Part shown: one piece after another, positions 22,844-24,000 of the stretch
How positions within the stretch are numbered: the first letter of the stretch is position 1
Layout: each line of letters begins with the position of its first letter
Origin: Sphaerimonospora mesophila NBRC 14179 = JCM 3151
GTDB taxonomy: Bacteria; Actinomycetota; Actinomycetes; Streptosporangiales; Streptosporangiaceae
NCBI GenBank assembly: GCA_001552515.1
Contig: BCRI01000004.1
Span: 70,884 to 94,883 of the forward strand
Direction of reading: 5' to 3'
DNA length: 24,000 nt
Translations under genes and position numbers: made by a program
The notes under the pieces: model-generated
The model's input: the letters and a program-made list of their open reading frames with translations, nothing else
The model's database searches: none
Told to the model about the DNA's origin: nothing

Positions 22844-24000
22844 TCTGGGGCGTATCTCCGGGCTTACCTTGTCTGTAGGTCAAGCAAAACGCCACGAACG
22901 GGCAGGGGAAGCGCCATGGGGCTCACGGTCGATTACTGCCGGATCTCGCTCGACAAGTCCGGCGCGGCTCAAGGGGTCGAGAGTCAGCACACGGAGAACG
23001 AGGACTTCGCCGGAGAGCTGGGCCGGACGATCGAAGCGACCTACACCGACAACGACCGGAGCGCCTTCTCTGGGGTCGAGCGGCCGGAGTACCGGCGCAT
23101 GCTCGCGGACATCGCCTCCGGGCTGATCGAGTGCGTCATCATCTGGCACGCCAACCGGCTTCACCGGTCGGTGGACGAGGTCGGAGCGTTCATCCGGCTC
23201 GCTCGCGCGCACGGCGTCCGGCTCTTCTCCGTCTCGAAGGCCGGGGAGTACCGGTTGGACAAGGCGGCCGGTCGCAAGGAGCTTCTGACGGACACGGTCG
23301 AAGCCGAATACGAGAGCGGCCACCGTGGCGAGCGCGTGGCGCTCGCGCGCAAGCGGCAGGCGCGGCAAGGTGCCTACGGCGGAGGGGTCCGGCCGTTCGG
23401 CTGGGGCGTGGACACGGGACGAGTCCGGTCGGTGTGCGTCAACCCGAAGGCTCCCCCGATGGAACGCCGGTATGAGGACCGGCCGGTCCTGGACATGACC
23501 CGGCACAGCGAGGCGGAGGCGGCGGAGATCCGCCGTTGGGCGGACGATCTCCTGTCCGGCGTCTCCATGAACCAGATCCTCCGGGACCTCGCGGCGCGCG
23601 GCGTGCCCACCGTGAACGGCTCGCAGTGGAACAGCAAGACGATTCATCAGATCCTCACGCACCCCCGGACCTCCGGGCATGCCGTCTACCGTGGCGAGAT
23701 CATGACCCGGAACGCCTTCCCCGCGATCCTCCCCGACGACACCCGGGAGGCGCTGATCACGCTCTTCACGGACCCCAAGCGGAAGACCTCCCCGGGCAAC
23801 ACTCCGAAGTGGCTGGGCTCGCTCGTCTACCGGTGCGGAGTCTGTGACGACGGATCGACCATGACCGTCCGGCGAGCCAACGGCGGGGACATCGTCTATC
23901 GGTGCCGGGAGCGCGGGCACTGCCAGCGCAAACAATCCGACGTGGACGGCTTCGTGACGAGCGTCATCGTGGCGCGGCTCTCCCGGAGCGACCTTGCGGA
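22844..24000 (+). mobile_element. left edge of an integrated element (prophage/ICE/other serine-integrase island) with its att junction at about 22835-22915
   Basis: ABC ATPase homology breaks off abruptly at the Walker A codons. A lower-GC ~70-bp spacer follows (ggcttaccttgtctgtaggtcaagcaaaacgcc), and the serine recombinase gene starts immediately after, pointing inward. Confidence 0.65.
22916..24000 (+). CDS. large serine recombinase (phage/ICE integrase type); 3' end runs off the window
   Basis: Manual translation from ATG 22916 (AGGGGAA SD) gives MGLTVDYCRISLDKSG... (catalytic Ser in YCRIS) and VIIWHANRLHRSVDE (resolvase domain). It also gives GGGVRPFGWG, SQWNSKTIHQILTHPRTSGHAVYRGE (recombinase domain) and the zinc ribbon YRCGVCDDGSTMTV...YRCRERGHC. 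It is absent from the ORF track because it has no stop in the window. Confidence 0.9.
   Translation, partial: MGLTVDYCRISLDKSGAAQGVESQHTENEDFAGELGRTIEATYTDNDRSAFSGVERPEYRRMLADIASGLIECVIIWHANRLHRSVDEVGAFIRLARAHGVRLFSVSKAGEYRLDKAAGRKELLTDTVEAEYESGHRGERVALARKRQARQGAYGGGVRPFGWGVDTGRVRSVCVNPKAPPMERRYEDRPVLDMTRHSEAEAAEIRRWADDLLSGVSMNQILRDLAARGVPTVNGSQWNSKTIHQILTHPRTSGHAVYRGEIMTRNAFPAILPDDTREALITLFTDPKRKTSPGNTPKWLGSLVYRCGVCDDGSTMTVRRANGGDIVYRCRERGHCQRKQSDVDGFVTSVIVARLSRSDLA

Noticed and set aside
21141-22895. 584-aa minus-strand ORF treated as a single protein
   Set aside because: Only the last 279 codons encode the ABC-2 permease. The N-terminal 300 codons are an off-frame read of the ATPase gene (Arg/Gly/Pro-rich).
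22880-23935. 351-aa minus-strand ORF
   Set aside because: It is antisense to the serine recombinase frame, which has clear resolvase, recombinase and zinc-ribbon motifs.
1-24000. tRNA, rRNA and CRISPR arrays
   Set aside because: No T-arm GGTTCGAxTCC-type motif occurs outside coding frames. No rRNA-like conserved blocks are present. The only regularly spaced direct repeats are the 9-bp array and the coding low-complexity repeats.

Overview
High-GC (roughly 70%+) actinobacterial chromosomal window. Most long ORFs in the six-frame track are off-frame or antisense artefacts; I kept frames supported by recognisable family motifs. Left to right: (1) a minus-strand aldehyde dehydrogenase - 3Fe-4S ferredoxin - ferredoxin reductase operon with a divergent PucR-type regulator. 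(2) A Tat-signal MBL-fold hydrolase. (3) The actinobacterial thrS / HIT (Ap4A-phosphorylase-like) pair, split by a solo IS200/IS605-type tnpB element (no tnpA, intact RuvC triad, terminal hairpins, likely omega-RNA) and a SAM methyltransferase. (4) Aldo/keto reductase, dienelactone-hydrolase-like protein, and a cNMP-binding/thioredoxin-reductase-like fusion lacking the redox CxxC. (5) An accessory-looking cluster: a fasciclin (MPT70-like) lipoprotein bracketed by two low-complexity exported proteins. These two share only a duplicated ~140-bp promoter/leader/signal-peptide cassette, and a 9-bp tandem array lies beside one copy. (6) A CYP152 peroxygenase P450 with an OleT-type histidine, a small HicB-like gene, and a BON+SRPBCC protein. 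(7) A TetR / ABC-2 permease / DrrA-like ATPase operon whose ATPase is cut at the Walker A codons by an element that opens with a large serine recombinase running off the window. No tRNA, rRNA or CRISPR array seen. The most unusual items are the duplicated leader cassette cluster, the Walker-A-targeted serine-recombinase insertion and the solo TnpB element.
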